From Macrostomum lignano (Eukaryota), in NCBI GenBank assembly GCA_002269645.1, contig NIVC01000038.1, positions 1,240,001-1,304,000 on the forward strand: a DNA stretch of 64,000 nt, given 5' to 3'. Numbering within the stretch: the stretch's first letter is position 1; each line of letters starts with the position of its first letter. Below, piece after piece: positions 32,393 to 45,000 of the stretch. Under the pieces are notes generated by a model. That model searched no databases. It was given only the letters and a program-made list of their open reading frames with translations, and was not told the DNA's origin. The position numbers and the translations under genes are program-made.

Positions 32393-32996
32393 CATTTGCC
32401 GTCATTATAGAGAAGCGAGAGAACAGGAGGAGCTCAAGGCTAAAGTTTACCTTAACCTGTTTCACAGATTTTCTGGCTGTTAAGAGAGAGGGAGAGAGAG
32501 AGAGCCATTTTGGGTCCCAGGAGCCAGGAATGACGCGGATCCGACTTTAAGATTTAAGAATGCATACAAAAATAGTTCCATCCAGGGTTCAAAATCAATT
32601 TGTGTTGGTACTTGTAGTGTATAGTAGATTTTGCTGCCTTAGAAAACTTATTTATATAATTAGCATTGGCATTGGCACTGATAAGAGGGTGAACAGTAAT
32701 TATAAAAACGCCTTGATAATGGTCATTACTATTGACTTCAATTAGGCCTTATAGGTCAGGTCGTAAAATAATTTTTATATCCACTTGTGCGGGACTCACA
32801 ATTTAACTAACACCTGCATTTCAGGTAAAAATAGGGGCCGTAAAATACTTAGGACACGATTTTTATACTTTTTAGTTTTTACGAATATATAGAGGTGAAG
32901 AGTCCTAAAGCAAACTACGGGCATAATATTATTATTACAATGCTAATGCTTACTAATGGCTGAATGATGATTCAAACCAAGGAGAGACCACATGAG

Positions 32997-33919
32997 TAGG
33001 GATTCCAAAATCCCGACATTTTACAATCCCGGGATTGAATAGTCCCGAAATCCCGATGCTGATGAAATCCCGGGATTCAAAATCCCGGAATCCCGGTGCT
33101 TTTGCAATCCCGGGATTAAAAATCCCGGGATTCGATTCCCAAAAAATCCCGGGATTCAAATCCCGGATTTTTGGCCCAAATCCCGGGATCCCGGGATTGG
33201 AATCCCTAAGACGGACTGTGCGGCGTGCCGCGTGCAGTAGTCATGGTCTCGCGACTCTCGGAGTCTCAGGGCCTTTTCATATTACCAATTCCAGAACCAG
33301 AATCGGTTCGGAAATCCAAGAAAAACAGCAGTATAACTATTAAACTCTGTTAATATTTGACTGCCTTAACAGCCTCACTTTGCACGATTTTTCACTTTCT
33401 TCTTGGCGATTGTCATTCAATAATAAAAACTTTATAGCACGTATCTCCCTATAGTTATGGAGACAAAAAGTTATACTTCACAAATTGGTTCTGGTTCTGG
33501 AACCAGAACAAGCAATATGAAAAGGCCCTCAGTCTCGTCTCGTGGTGGAAAACGAAAAAAAGTTAAAATTATCTATCATTTACAGTTCACATTAACAATT
33601 TTTAGCTCAATTAGGACAGGAGCTTTGCAAATGTTTAACGTTTCATTGAGAAACAGCAAAAACAAATAAATGTTTTATTATTCAAATAAACGTTTAGACT
33701 TTAAATTATCTAATTTAGGCATTGAAAGGTTGTTCTAATCCCAGACCAATCCCGGGATTAAGGCCTTGAAATCCCGGGATCCCGATCCCGGACTTTTGCA
33801 ATCCCGGGATTAAAAATCCCGGGATTCGATTCCCAAAAAAATCCCGGGATTCAAATCCCGGATTTTTGGCCCCAATCCCGGGATCCCGGGATCCCGGGAT
33901 CCCGGGATTGGAATCCCTA
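32997..33919. mobile_element. Composite hAT-type non-autonomous element
   Basis: 12 bp TIR TAGGGATTCCAA / TTGGAATCCCTA; exact 8 bp TSD CACATGAG (32989-32996, 33920-33927); extra internal right end at 33208. Confidence 0.9.
33268..33529. mobile_element. Small MITE nested in the composite element
   Basis: Perfect 16 bp inverted ends AGGGCCTTTTCATATT / AATATGAAAAGGCCCT, imperfectly extended by CCAGAACCAGAA / TTCTGGTTCTGG; AGTCTC on both sides. Confidence 0.7.
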
Positions 33920-34064
33920 CACATGAGGCAGAAGGTGGAGTGGCCAACTTCTAAAATTTTTGTTTTGACAGGCACAGGCAGAACTTTTTTATTTTCTCAC
34001 TATACTATATAGTATGAAACTTAATAAAGTAGCACTATTATACTAAGTCTAAAAGCATTGGTAG

Positions 34065-35005
34065 CGTTGGGAATCGTTGAGAATCGTTGAGAATCGTTGG
34101 GAATCGTTGGGAATCGTTTAGAATCGTTGGGAATCGTTGAGAATCGTTGAGAATCGTTGGGAATCGTTGGGAATCGTTGAGAATCGTTGGGAATCGTTGA
34201 GAATCGTTGGGAATCGTAGGGAATCGTTGAGAATCGTTGAGAATCGTTGGGAATCGTTGGGAATCGTTTAGAATCGTTGGGAATCGTTGAGAATCGTTGG
34301 GAATCGTTGAGAATCGTTGGGAATCGTTGGGAATCGTTGAGAATCGTTGGGAATCGTTGAGAATCGTTGGGAATCGTTGAGAATCGTTGAGAATCGTTGG
34401 GAATCGTTGGGAATCGTTGAGAATCGTTGGGAATCGTTGAGAATCGTTGAGTATCGTCGGGAATCGTTGAGAATCGTTGAGAATCGTTGGGAATCGTTGG
34501 GAATCATTGAGAATCGTTGAGAATCGTTGAGAATCGTTGGGAATCGTTGGGAATCGTTGAGAATCGTTGGGAATCGTAGGGAATCGTTGAGAATCGTTGA
34601 GAATCGTTGGGAATCGTTGGGAATCGTTGGGAATCGTTGAGTATCGTCGGGAATCGTTGAGAATCGTTGAGAATCGTTGGGAATCGTTGGGAATCGTTGA
34701 GAATCGTTGAGAATCGTTGGGAATCATTGGGTATCATTGGAATCGTTGAGAATCGTTGGGAATCGTTGGGGATCGTTGGGAATCGTTGGGAATCGTTGAG
34801 AAGCGTTGAGAATCGTTGGGAATCATTGGGTATCATTGGAATCGTTGAGAATCGTTGGGAATCGTTGGGGATCGTTGGGAATCGTTGGGAATCGTTGAGA
34901 AGCGTTGAGAATCGTTGGGAATCATTGGGAATCGTTGAGAATCGTTGAGAATCGTTGGGAATCATTGGGTATCATTGGAATCGTTGGGAATCGTTGGGAA
35001 TCTTT
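34065..35005. repeat. 10 bp minisatellite GAATCGTTG(A/G)
   Basis: Roughly 90 copies of two interleaved variants. Confidence 0.97.
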
Positions 35006-35438
35006 GAAAATCGGGAGATCGATATATTTCGTTTTTAATCTGGTCCGGTGATTTTTACTTTAATCAAGCGAGATGTAAATAAGAAGTGGTCAGACTCCAA
35101 AGCTCTAGTTCAAGTTCTCGCTGGCTTAAATGAACTGTTATAGCTACTCTATGCGAGGACAAAGACCTCTGGCGATAAAGTTTTTGCAAAGTAGAGGCCT
35201 CTTGGTGGTGGTGGCACGGGGAAGGAACAGAGAGAATTTCATCCATCCATTCTAACAACAGGCACAACCATCCAATGAGAACACGGAGACAGGTGAGGAG
35301 GAGAGGAGGGGCAACACAGGGGGCGGCTGGGGGTTGGGGATGGCAGTCAAACCAGCCTCACAATTCAATTCAGCCCCCCCCTTCCCAAATATCTTTTTAT
35401 ACCCCGAAAATGCGACCCACTTGCATAGAGAGAGACAG

Positions 35439-35446
35439 TATAAAAG
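35439..35446 (+). promoter_or_regulatory. Candidate TATA box of the FGFR-like gene
   Basis: TATAAAAG 84 nt upstream of the ATG at 35523, downstream of a G/C-rich tract. Confidence 0.4.
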
Positions 35447-35522
35447 GGCAAAGTGGCAAAATTGAACTCGCTCTTATCGAAGTGAAAACGTGAATTTAAA
35501 AGACACACTGCACTGCACAGCA

Positions 35523-38500
35523 ATGCCCAGTCGTGGCGTATTCACGCTACTATCTTTGTATCTAATTCTAATAGGTAAGTTAAAATTCATTCATTTAATA
35601 AGTTATTTTCGCTGGATAAAAAACATTAGGTTCAGGTGTACCCAAGTACCTGTTGCGTGCATTTTTTTAACTTGTACACTGTCCTCCATTGCGCAAAACT
35701 TGACAAGAGCGAACAGACTGGACTGGGTACCTCAGCAACAGATTACTTCATTCATAATCATGCGTAACCTCATAATAGGTAATCGATTTTAATTGTGGTC
35801 TGACTGGTCTCCCCAATGACCGTCTAATCTAAACTCACCAGTATAACAAGACGAGATTTCTGAGTTCAGGAGCTCTCCAGACAGTCTCCTTTTACTTGTT
35901 GTAGTAGGGCGGGCCAGATGACGAGACAGCAAAGGAAGGTTCTATTTTAAAGTTAAAATTTATATCAATAAGTATTACTTAGCTAATAAAGTAAATGCGT
36001 TCCCTTGTCTTCGCTATCCTATTCATATTGCTTGGTAAGTAAAATTTCTATCGGTATGTTTTCATGAAATTGCCTCCAGAGTTCCCTAGAACAGAAAAAT
36101 CAGCCCAAGAATTTCTCAGAAGAATCGCCCCATCCAGAATTCTCCAGAAGAATCGCCCTATCCAGAATTCCCCAAAAAGAATCGCCTCATCCAGAATTCC
36201 CCAGAGGAATCGCCACCCCCCAGAATTCCCCAGAGGAATCGTCACCCCCCAGAATTCTCCAGAGGAATCGCCCTATCCAGAATTCCCTAGAAGAATCGCC
36301 TCATCCAGAATTCCCCAGAGGAATCGCCACCCCCAGAATTCTCCAGAGGAATCGCCCTATCCAGAATTCCCTAGAAGAATCGCCTCATCCAGAATTCCCC
36401 AGAGGAATCGTCACCCCCCAGAATTCTCCAGAGGAATCGCCCTATCCAGAATTCCCTAGAAGAATCGCCTCATCCAGAATTCCCCAGAGGAATCGCCACC
36501 CCCAGAATTCCCCAGAAAAATCGCCCCATCCAGAATTCCCCAGAAGAATCGCCCATCCAGAATTCCCCAGAAAAATCGCCCTATCCAGAATTCCCTAGAA
36601 GAATCGCCCCCAAGAATTCCCCAGAAGAATCGCCCCATCCAGAATTCCCCAGAAAATCGCCAATTCCATAGAGGAATCGCCACCCCTAGAATTCCTCAGA
36701 GAAATCGCCCCCCCCCCCCAAGAATTCCCCAGAAAAATCGCCCCATCCAGAATTCCCTAATTCCCAAATTGATTTCCCCAGAAGAATAACCACCACCGAA
36801 TTCCCAAGAAAAATCGCCCCCTCCAGAATTCCCCAGAAGAATCGCCCCATTCAGAATTCCCCAAAAAAATAGCCCCCAAAATTCCCGAGAAGAATCGCCA
36901 CCCCCAGAATTCCCCAGAAGAATCGCCACCCCCCAGAATTCCTCAGAAAAATCGCCACCCCCAGAAGAGTCGCCACCCCCCAGAATTCCCCAGAAAAATC
37001 GCCCCCAAAATTCCCTAGAAGAATCACCACCCCAGAATTCCCCAGAAGAATTGCCACCCCCCAGAATTCCTCAGAAGAATCGCGCCTAGAATTCCCTAGA
37101 AGAATCACCACCCCAGAATTCCCTTAGAAAATCGCCACCCCGCAGAATTCCCTAGAAGAATCGCCCCCAGAATTCCCCAGAGAAATCGCGCGATGAATTT
37201 ACAGATTGCGACATTAATTATTGTTGAAAATGTTTCTAAAATTTCCTGTTCAAAACAATTTAGCATAAAGTTATTTATCAATTTTGATGCTGCAGTTCTG
37301 GAAGATGCTGGCTTGGTCGCGGCTGGCAGCAAAGCTCGCCACAGTCAAAGGTCGAAACCCAAACTGAAACGCAACGAGGATAACTGGTGCACCAGCATAG
37401 AGCACGTCAGGAGCCCACTAAGCTACACTTTGCGCAATGAATCAAACAAGATCATAATCGAATGCCCGGTCCGGGTGTTGCCAAGGCGGTCCCGCTGCCG
37501 GTTCAGAGTCCAGTGGTACAAGGACGGCCGGGCGATCCAGTTCGATCGGGCCGGCATCAGCCCGTGAGTGTGGGGATCGGGTTAGATGAATTCGGCTTTC
37601 TAAATGAGTTATTTAGATCCCATCCCACGCTTGAAATCCCCAGTCCCACACTTAAAATCCCAAATCCCAACTTTCAGATCCCATCCCACACTTGAAATCC
37701 CAAATCCCACACTTGAAATCCCAAATCCCAACTTTCAGATCCCATCCCACACTTGAAATCCCAAATCCCAACTTTCAGATCCCATCCCACACTTGAAATC
37801 CCAAATCCCAACTTTCAGATCCCATCCCACACTTGAAATCCCAAATCCCAACTTTCAGATCCCATCCCACACTTGAAATCCCAAATCCCAACTTTCAGAT
37901 CCCAAATCCCAACTTTCAGATCCCATCCCACACTTGAAATCCCAAATCCCATCTTTCAGATCCCATCCCACACTTGAAATCCCAAATCCCATCTTTCAGA
38001 TCCCATCCCACACTTGAAATCCCAAATCCCAACTTTCAGATCCCACCCGCACCTTCGCCTGTATCGCCGCGGACGGCACCTGGCCTTCACTCGGGTTCAA
38101 TTCTATCACGCCGGCAACTACACCTGCCGAATCAGTAGTAACGAAATCTTCCCACCCGGGCCGGGTTGCCATGGCAACCAGCAGGAGGATCCCATCTCTT
38201 GCTACCCGGCCAAATCGTTGAAGTTTATTAATCTGAGGGTATCGCCGGAGTCGCACTCGGCAATCATCGACAGCATGCCGTACTATCCGCCTGACGAGCC
38301 CCGGCAGCTGCAGGAGGGCCGGCTGTACATGTCGCGGCTGCGAGATGGCTCCGAGATTGAGTTGCACTTCCGTGACGACCGGCAGGCTGATCCGTTCGAC
38401 TGCCGCTTCATCTTGGCGCACCGGCGCGGAGTTCCGTTAGCTGGCGCTCCACGGGTTGTCTGGTCCCACAGCCCCGACCCCGGACCGAGCATCCGGCCCA

Positions 38501-38940
38501 CCGAGTTCACTGCCTTGGGCCCGAGCTCCATCCATGGCTATTCAATTGAAGACCCGCAGCAGGTGGCCTGCAAACCTGAGGACTTCGGCTTCGCCTATCT
38601 GAGTGATGAGTGGCAGAAGTCCAGCCTGATGGCCACCTGCTACAGGGCGGGCCTGTCCGCTCTGCGGGTGAGCGACAGGTCTCACGGATACTACAGGTGA
38701 GTGAGCTGTGTGTGTGTCTGCCTGTCTGTCTGCCTGCCTGTCTGCCTGTCTGTCTATCTGTCTGCCTGTCTGCCTGTCTGTCTGTCTGCCTGCCTGTCTG
38801 TCTGTCTGTCTGTCTGTCTGCCTGCCTGTCTGTCTGCCTGCCTGTCTGCCTGCCTGTCTGTCTGCCTGTCTGTCTGTCTGCCTGCCTGTCTGCCTGCCTG
38901 CCTGCCTGTCTTTCTGTCTGCCTGTCTGTCTGTCTGTCTG

Positions 38941-39005
<65 letters not shown>

Positions 39006-42000
39006 GATCAATGCACCTGTCCGCCACCCAGGTGCTCGGTGAGCTATCAAAACAGCACCCTGGTAGAGCAGTTCCGCCTGGGCTTCTCAGCCGACCTGTC
39101 ACTCAAAGCGAAGCCGCAGGGCCCGCTGGAGCCAGCCGTGGACTTCACCAAGAACTCCTCCGTGTGCCTTGGCGGCCGGCTGGAACTGGACTGCGTGGTG
39201 TCACCAGCCGCCGCCTCCGTGGTGCTGGCCAGAGTCTACGAGCCACAGCTAGACGCTTTTGGAGAAATTGTGAAGTACAACAAGGTCGACCACCTGGTGG
39301 CGTACTGGTACCCGGAGGGGCTGGAGTCCAACGGCAGCAAGACGGCATCGGTGACCGTGGGCTCACGAGACATCCGAGTCAAGCTGGTGATGGACAGCGT
39401 GACAGCAGATCAAGACGGCTACTATATCTGCGCCGCTGAAGCCAAAGGCTTTCGAAGACCTGCGCTCAAATATTTTCATCTCGACGTGATTCCAGACTGC
39501 GTAGTCGGGGAGGCGGCTTCGAGACTGAGCGCTGTGGCTGGTGAGTTCAGAAGGCTCTGCGTGAATCTTGAGTCCCCCAGATTTCCCCTGAATCCTCCAG
39601 ATTCCCCAGAATCCTCCAGATTCCCCTGAGTCCTCCAGATCCCCCTGAATCCCCCAGAGATTCCCCTGAATCCCCCAGATTTCCCCTGAATCCCCCAGAT
39701 TCCCCTGAATCCACAGAAAAATCACCTCCCCCCAGAATACCCCAGAAGAATCGCCCCCAGAATTCCCCTAAAGAATCGCCCCCATAATTCCCCTAAAGAA
39801 TCGCCCCAGAATTCCCCTAAAGAATCGCCCCCATAATTCCCCTAAAGAATCGCCCCCATAATTCCCCTAAAGAATCGCCCCCATAATTCCCCTAAAGAAT
39901 CGCCCCCATAATTCCCCTAAAGAATCGCCCCCATAATTCCCCTAAAGAATCGCCCCAGAATTCCCCTAAAGAATCGCCCCAGAATTCCCCTAAAGAATCG
40001 CCCCAGAATTCCCCTAAAGAATCGCCCCCATAATTCCCCTAAAGAATCGCCCCCATAATTCCCCTAAAGAATCGCCCCCATAATTCCCCTAAAGAATCGC
40101 CCCCATAATTCCCCTAAAGAATCGCCCCCATAATTCCCCTAAAGAATCGCCCCCATAATTCCCCTAAAGAATCGCCCCCATAATTCCCCTAAAGAATCGC
40201 CCCCATAATTCCCCTAAAGAATCGCCCCCAGAATTCCCCTAAAGAATCGCCCCTAGAATTCCCCAGAAGAATATCGGCAATCTCCCCCCTCCCCGACCCC
40301 CTGCAGATGCGGCCCGTCTCCAGATCATTGTGTACTCCGCCGCGGCCGGCCTCGCAGCCTCCCTCATCATCGGCGCCCTGATCTTCATCTACTATTTCGC
40401 TAAGCGCCGCACAGCTCCGATCAAGAAGCGCCTGGTCTGCGTCGACAACAGCGAGCTGTACATGACTGCAGGCGGCGCCGACCAGCGCCAGCGGCAGAAC
40501 ACCGCGTCCACCAGCCAGGCTTCCACCGTGACTGCGTCTGACACAGCCCAGCTGCTGGTGCCGGAGGTTCGGGTGGAGCGCATCGGAGCGTCCAGATCCA
40601 TGTGGGGCTTCGGATCCCGACGGGCTGGGCAGGATGATGAGGGCGAGGGTTCAACAAGTACAAAAATCAATAGGGAGGTTCGTTATGTCATTCCCAGCTG
40701 TCCCGTGCTGGAGGTGGACCGGAAACGGTGAGTGAAAATTTAATTAAATAAGTTCTATTGGAGTGACAATTTTATCAGTAAAATCTATCGGAGTGACAAT
40801 TTTATCAATAAAATCTATCGGAGTGACAATTTTATCAGTAAAATCTATCGGAGTGACAATTTTATCAATAAAATCTATCGGAGTCACAATTTTATCAATA
40901 AAATCTATCGGAGTGACAATTTTATCAGTAAAATCTATCGGAGTGACAATTTTATCAATAAAATCTATCGGAGTGACAATTTTATCAGTAAAATCTATCG
41001 GAGTGACAATTTTATCAGTAAAATCTATCGGAGTGACAATTTTATCAATAAAATCTATCGGAGTGACAATTTTATCAATAAAATCTATCGGAGTGACAAT
41101 TTTATCAATAAAATCTATCGGAGTGACAATTTTATCAGTAAAATCTATCGGAGTGACAATTTTATCAATAAAATCTATCGGAGTGACAATTTTATCAGTA
41201 AAATCTATCGGAGTGACAATTTTATCAATAAAATCTATCGGAGTGACAATTTTATCAGTAAAATCTATCGGAGTGACAATTTTATCAGTAAAATCTATCG
41301 GAGTGACAATTTTATCAATAAAATCTATCGGAGTGACAATTTTATCAATAAAATCTATCGGAGTGACAATTTTATCAGTAAAATCTATCGGAGTGACAAT
41401 TTTATCAATAAAATCTATCGGAGTGACAATTTTATCAGTAAAATCTATCGGAGTGACAATTTTATCAATAAAATCTATCGGAGTGACAATTTTATCAATA
41501 AAATCTATCGGAGTGACAATTTTATCAATAAAATCTATCGGAGTGACAATTTTATCAGTAAAATCTATCGGAGTGACAATTTTATCAATAAAATCTATCG
41601 GAGTGACAATTTTATCAGTAAAATCTATCGGAGTGCCATTTTTATCAATAAAATCTATCGGAGTGACAATTTTATCAGTAAAATCTATCGGAGTGCCATT
41701 TTTATCAATAAAATCTATCGGAGTGACAATTTTTTCAATGAAATCTATCGGAGTGACAATTTTATCAATAAAATCTATCGGAGTGACAATTTTATCAATG
41801 ACATCTAACGGAGTGACAATTTTATCAATGACATCTATCGGAGTGACAATTTTATGAATGACATCTAACGGAGTGACAATTTTATCAATGACATTTATCG
41901 GAGTGACAATTTTATTAATGAAATCTAACGGAGTGACAATTTTATCAATGAAATCTAACGGAGTGACAATTTTATCAATGACATCTATCGGAGTGACAAT

Positions 42001-45000
42001 AGGCTGAATTTTCAAAAACAACCAACAGTCTCTATTTTCACCCCATTTCTCTAACAAAACCAACAACACTCAGGGTGCAGATGTTTCGACTGCTTGGCGA
42101 AGGTGCCTTCGGCAGCGTGCACTCCGGGCAGCTGCTCGTTGGCAACAAACCAAAGGATGTCGCCGTGAAAATGCTCAAGCGTGAGTTGAGGAAGGAACGA
42201 CTCGATGGGGATTATATAATGAGGATCCGTGCTACCCGATCCCAAATGGGGATCTCTGTGTTCTCTGAATCCCAGTTGGGGATCTGTGTGTTCTCTGAAT
42301 CCCAGTTGGGGATCTGTGTGATCTCTGAATCCCAGTTGGGGATCTGTGTGATCTCTGAATCCCAGTTTCGGATCTGTGTGATCTCTGAATCCCAGTTGGG
42401 GATCTGTGTGTTCTCTGAATCCCAGTTGGGGATCTGTGTTCTCTGAATCCCAGTTAGGGATCTGTGTGATCTCTGAATCCCAGTTGGGGATCTGTGTGAT
42501 CTCTGAATCCCAGTTGGGGATCTGTGTGATCTCTGAATCCCAGTTGGGGATCTGTGTGATCTCTGAATCCCAGTTGGGGATCTGTGTGATCTCTGAATCC
42601 CAGTTGGGGATCTGTGTGTTCTCTGAATCCCAGTTGGGGATCTGTGTGTTCTCTGAATCCCAGTTGGGGATCTGTGTGTTCTCTGAATCCCAGTTGGGGA
42701 TCTGTGTGTTCTCTGAATCCCAGTTGGGGATCTGTGTTCCCCGATCCTAAATGGAACATCTAAAAATCAATCAAACAATTTTTATGATTTATTACTTCTA
42801 TCAAATCTCTGCGCACCCCAGGCAATTACAGCGAAGAGGAACTGGTCGCCCTGTTCAAAGAGATGGAGATTATGAAGCTGATGAGTCGGAATCCGCATCC
42901 CAACATCATCAAACTGGTTGGCATCAGCACCAGGAATGGTGAGTTGGGTTGAGATCACGACTGGGGTTTCATTTCTGCTGCTTAAATTTTGTTTTGAGTT
43001 GTGATGAGAGTGAAGGATTCAAGATGAGATTGAATGGAGGTGAGAGTGAATGGAAGTGAGAGTGAATGGAGGTGAAAGTGAATGGAGGTGAGAGTGAATG
43101 GAAGTGAGAGTGAATGGGGGTGAAAGTGAATGGAGGTGAGAGTGAATAGAAGTGAGAGTGAATGGAGGTGAGATTCAATGGAGGTGAGAGTGAATGGAGG
43201 TGAGAGTGAATGGAAGTGAGAGTGAATGACGGTGAGAGTGAATGGAAGTGAGAGTGAATAGAAGTGAGAGTGAATGGAGGTGAGATTCAATGGAGGTGAG
43301 AGTGAATGTAGGTGAGAGTGAATGTAGGTGAGCGTGAATGACGGTGAAAGTGAATGGAGGTGAGAGTGAATGAAGATGAAAGTGAGATTGTTTAACAAAA
43401 TGTTCGAGCATATCAGACTGAAAAGTGGAAAAGCATGCAGTGAACAAAAAAGGAAAGTTCACTCCAGGTGCAGGAAGCTGCAAGAGCAGCAATAAGTCAG
43501 AATCAAAGCTCCCCCCTCCGAAGTCGTCAGCTGACTTCGTAACTCCAGAAGCGTAGCGAGATGCTGTATAGCGGAAATTGCTATTTCTGTTATCTGCTGT
43601 CTTCATCACCTGGGAAAGTTTCATTTGCTTCCGTCTGTCTGTGCAACAGGTCGCAGTTAAATCAAGTCTTTGTTGTTTCACTTTACAGAAGTACTATTCA
43701 GTCCAAGTCAGCATTTGACTCTGTGTTGTTCCGCTGAGGGACAAAGACTTGGGTGGGAAAAAAACACAAAGAGGAACTGTTGGTCCAGCTTCACCGTATC
43801 AACATCAATCATTTGATATGTTCCTTTCCGTAAACTTATATATCCTAACGATCTCGTGATATGCTTCCACCAAAGGTATTAACAGGAACGAATAAACAAA
43901 GACTTGTATTCTGATACCTTCCTATCGTGAAGCACCAACCCTACCCAGATTTTCGGTGCATTTTTGGTCATGAGACCTTGTTTAGTTCAAGCCAGACTGG
44001 ACTAGTGAGCCCAGTCAGCAAGACCTGATTCTGGGACTGCAAAAAATAGGTGACAAGACATTACTTGGTGTTGGACTGGATTCTGTAGCGGTATGGCTGA
44101 TGGCGTGTTGTGATGCTTTAATGTGCGAAATATGCGAACGATCCATTAAAGACTTATACTGTATTTTCCTAATTTATGAACATTCATAAGTTTTTTAGAA
44201 AAAATCCTGCAGTAACCCCCCCCCCACCAGAAGAATCCCCCAGAATTGCCAAAAAGAATTGCCCCCGCAGAATTCCCCAGAAGAATTGCCCCCAAATTCC
44301 TCTGAAAAATCACCCCCAAAATTCCCCACAAGAATCGCCCTAGAATTCCCAGAAGAATCACCCCAAAATTCTCCAGAAGAATCTCCCCCCAGAATTCCAC
44401 AGAATATTCGCCCCCCCCCCAGAACTCCCCAGAAGAATCGCCCCCAAAAATCCTCAGGGACCCCGAAGAATCGCCACCTCAGAATTCCCCAGATGAATCG
44501 CCACCCCATAATTCCCCAGAAGAATCGCCACCCCAGAATGCCCCAGAAGAATCGCCACCTCAGAATTCCCCAGAAGAATCGCCACCTCAGAATTCCCCAG
44601 AAGAATCGCCACCCCAGAATTCCCCAGAAGAATCGCCACCTCAGAATTCCCCAGAAGAATCGCCACCTCAGAATTCCCCAGATGAATCGCCACCCCAGAA
44701 TTCCCCAGAAGAATCGCCACCCCAGAATTCCCCAGAAGAATCGCCACCCCAGAATTCCCCAGAAGAATCGCCACCTCAGAATTCCCCAGATGAATCGCCA
44801 CCCCATAATTCCCCAGAAGAATCGCCACCCCAGAATTCCCCAGAAGAATCGCCACCCCAGAATTCCCCAGAAGAATCGCCACCTCAGAATTCCCCAGAAG
44901 AATCGCCACCCCAGAATTCCCCAGAAGAATCGCCACCTCAGAATTCCCCAGAAGAATCACCACCCCAGAATTCCCCAGAAGAATTGCCCCCAAATTCCTC

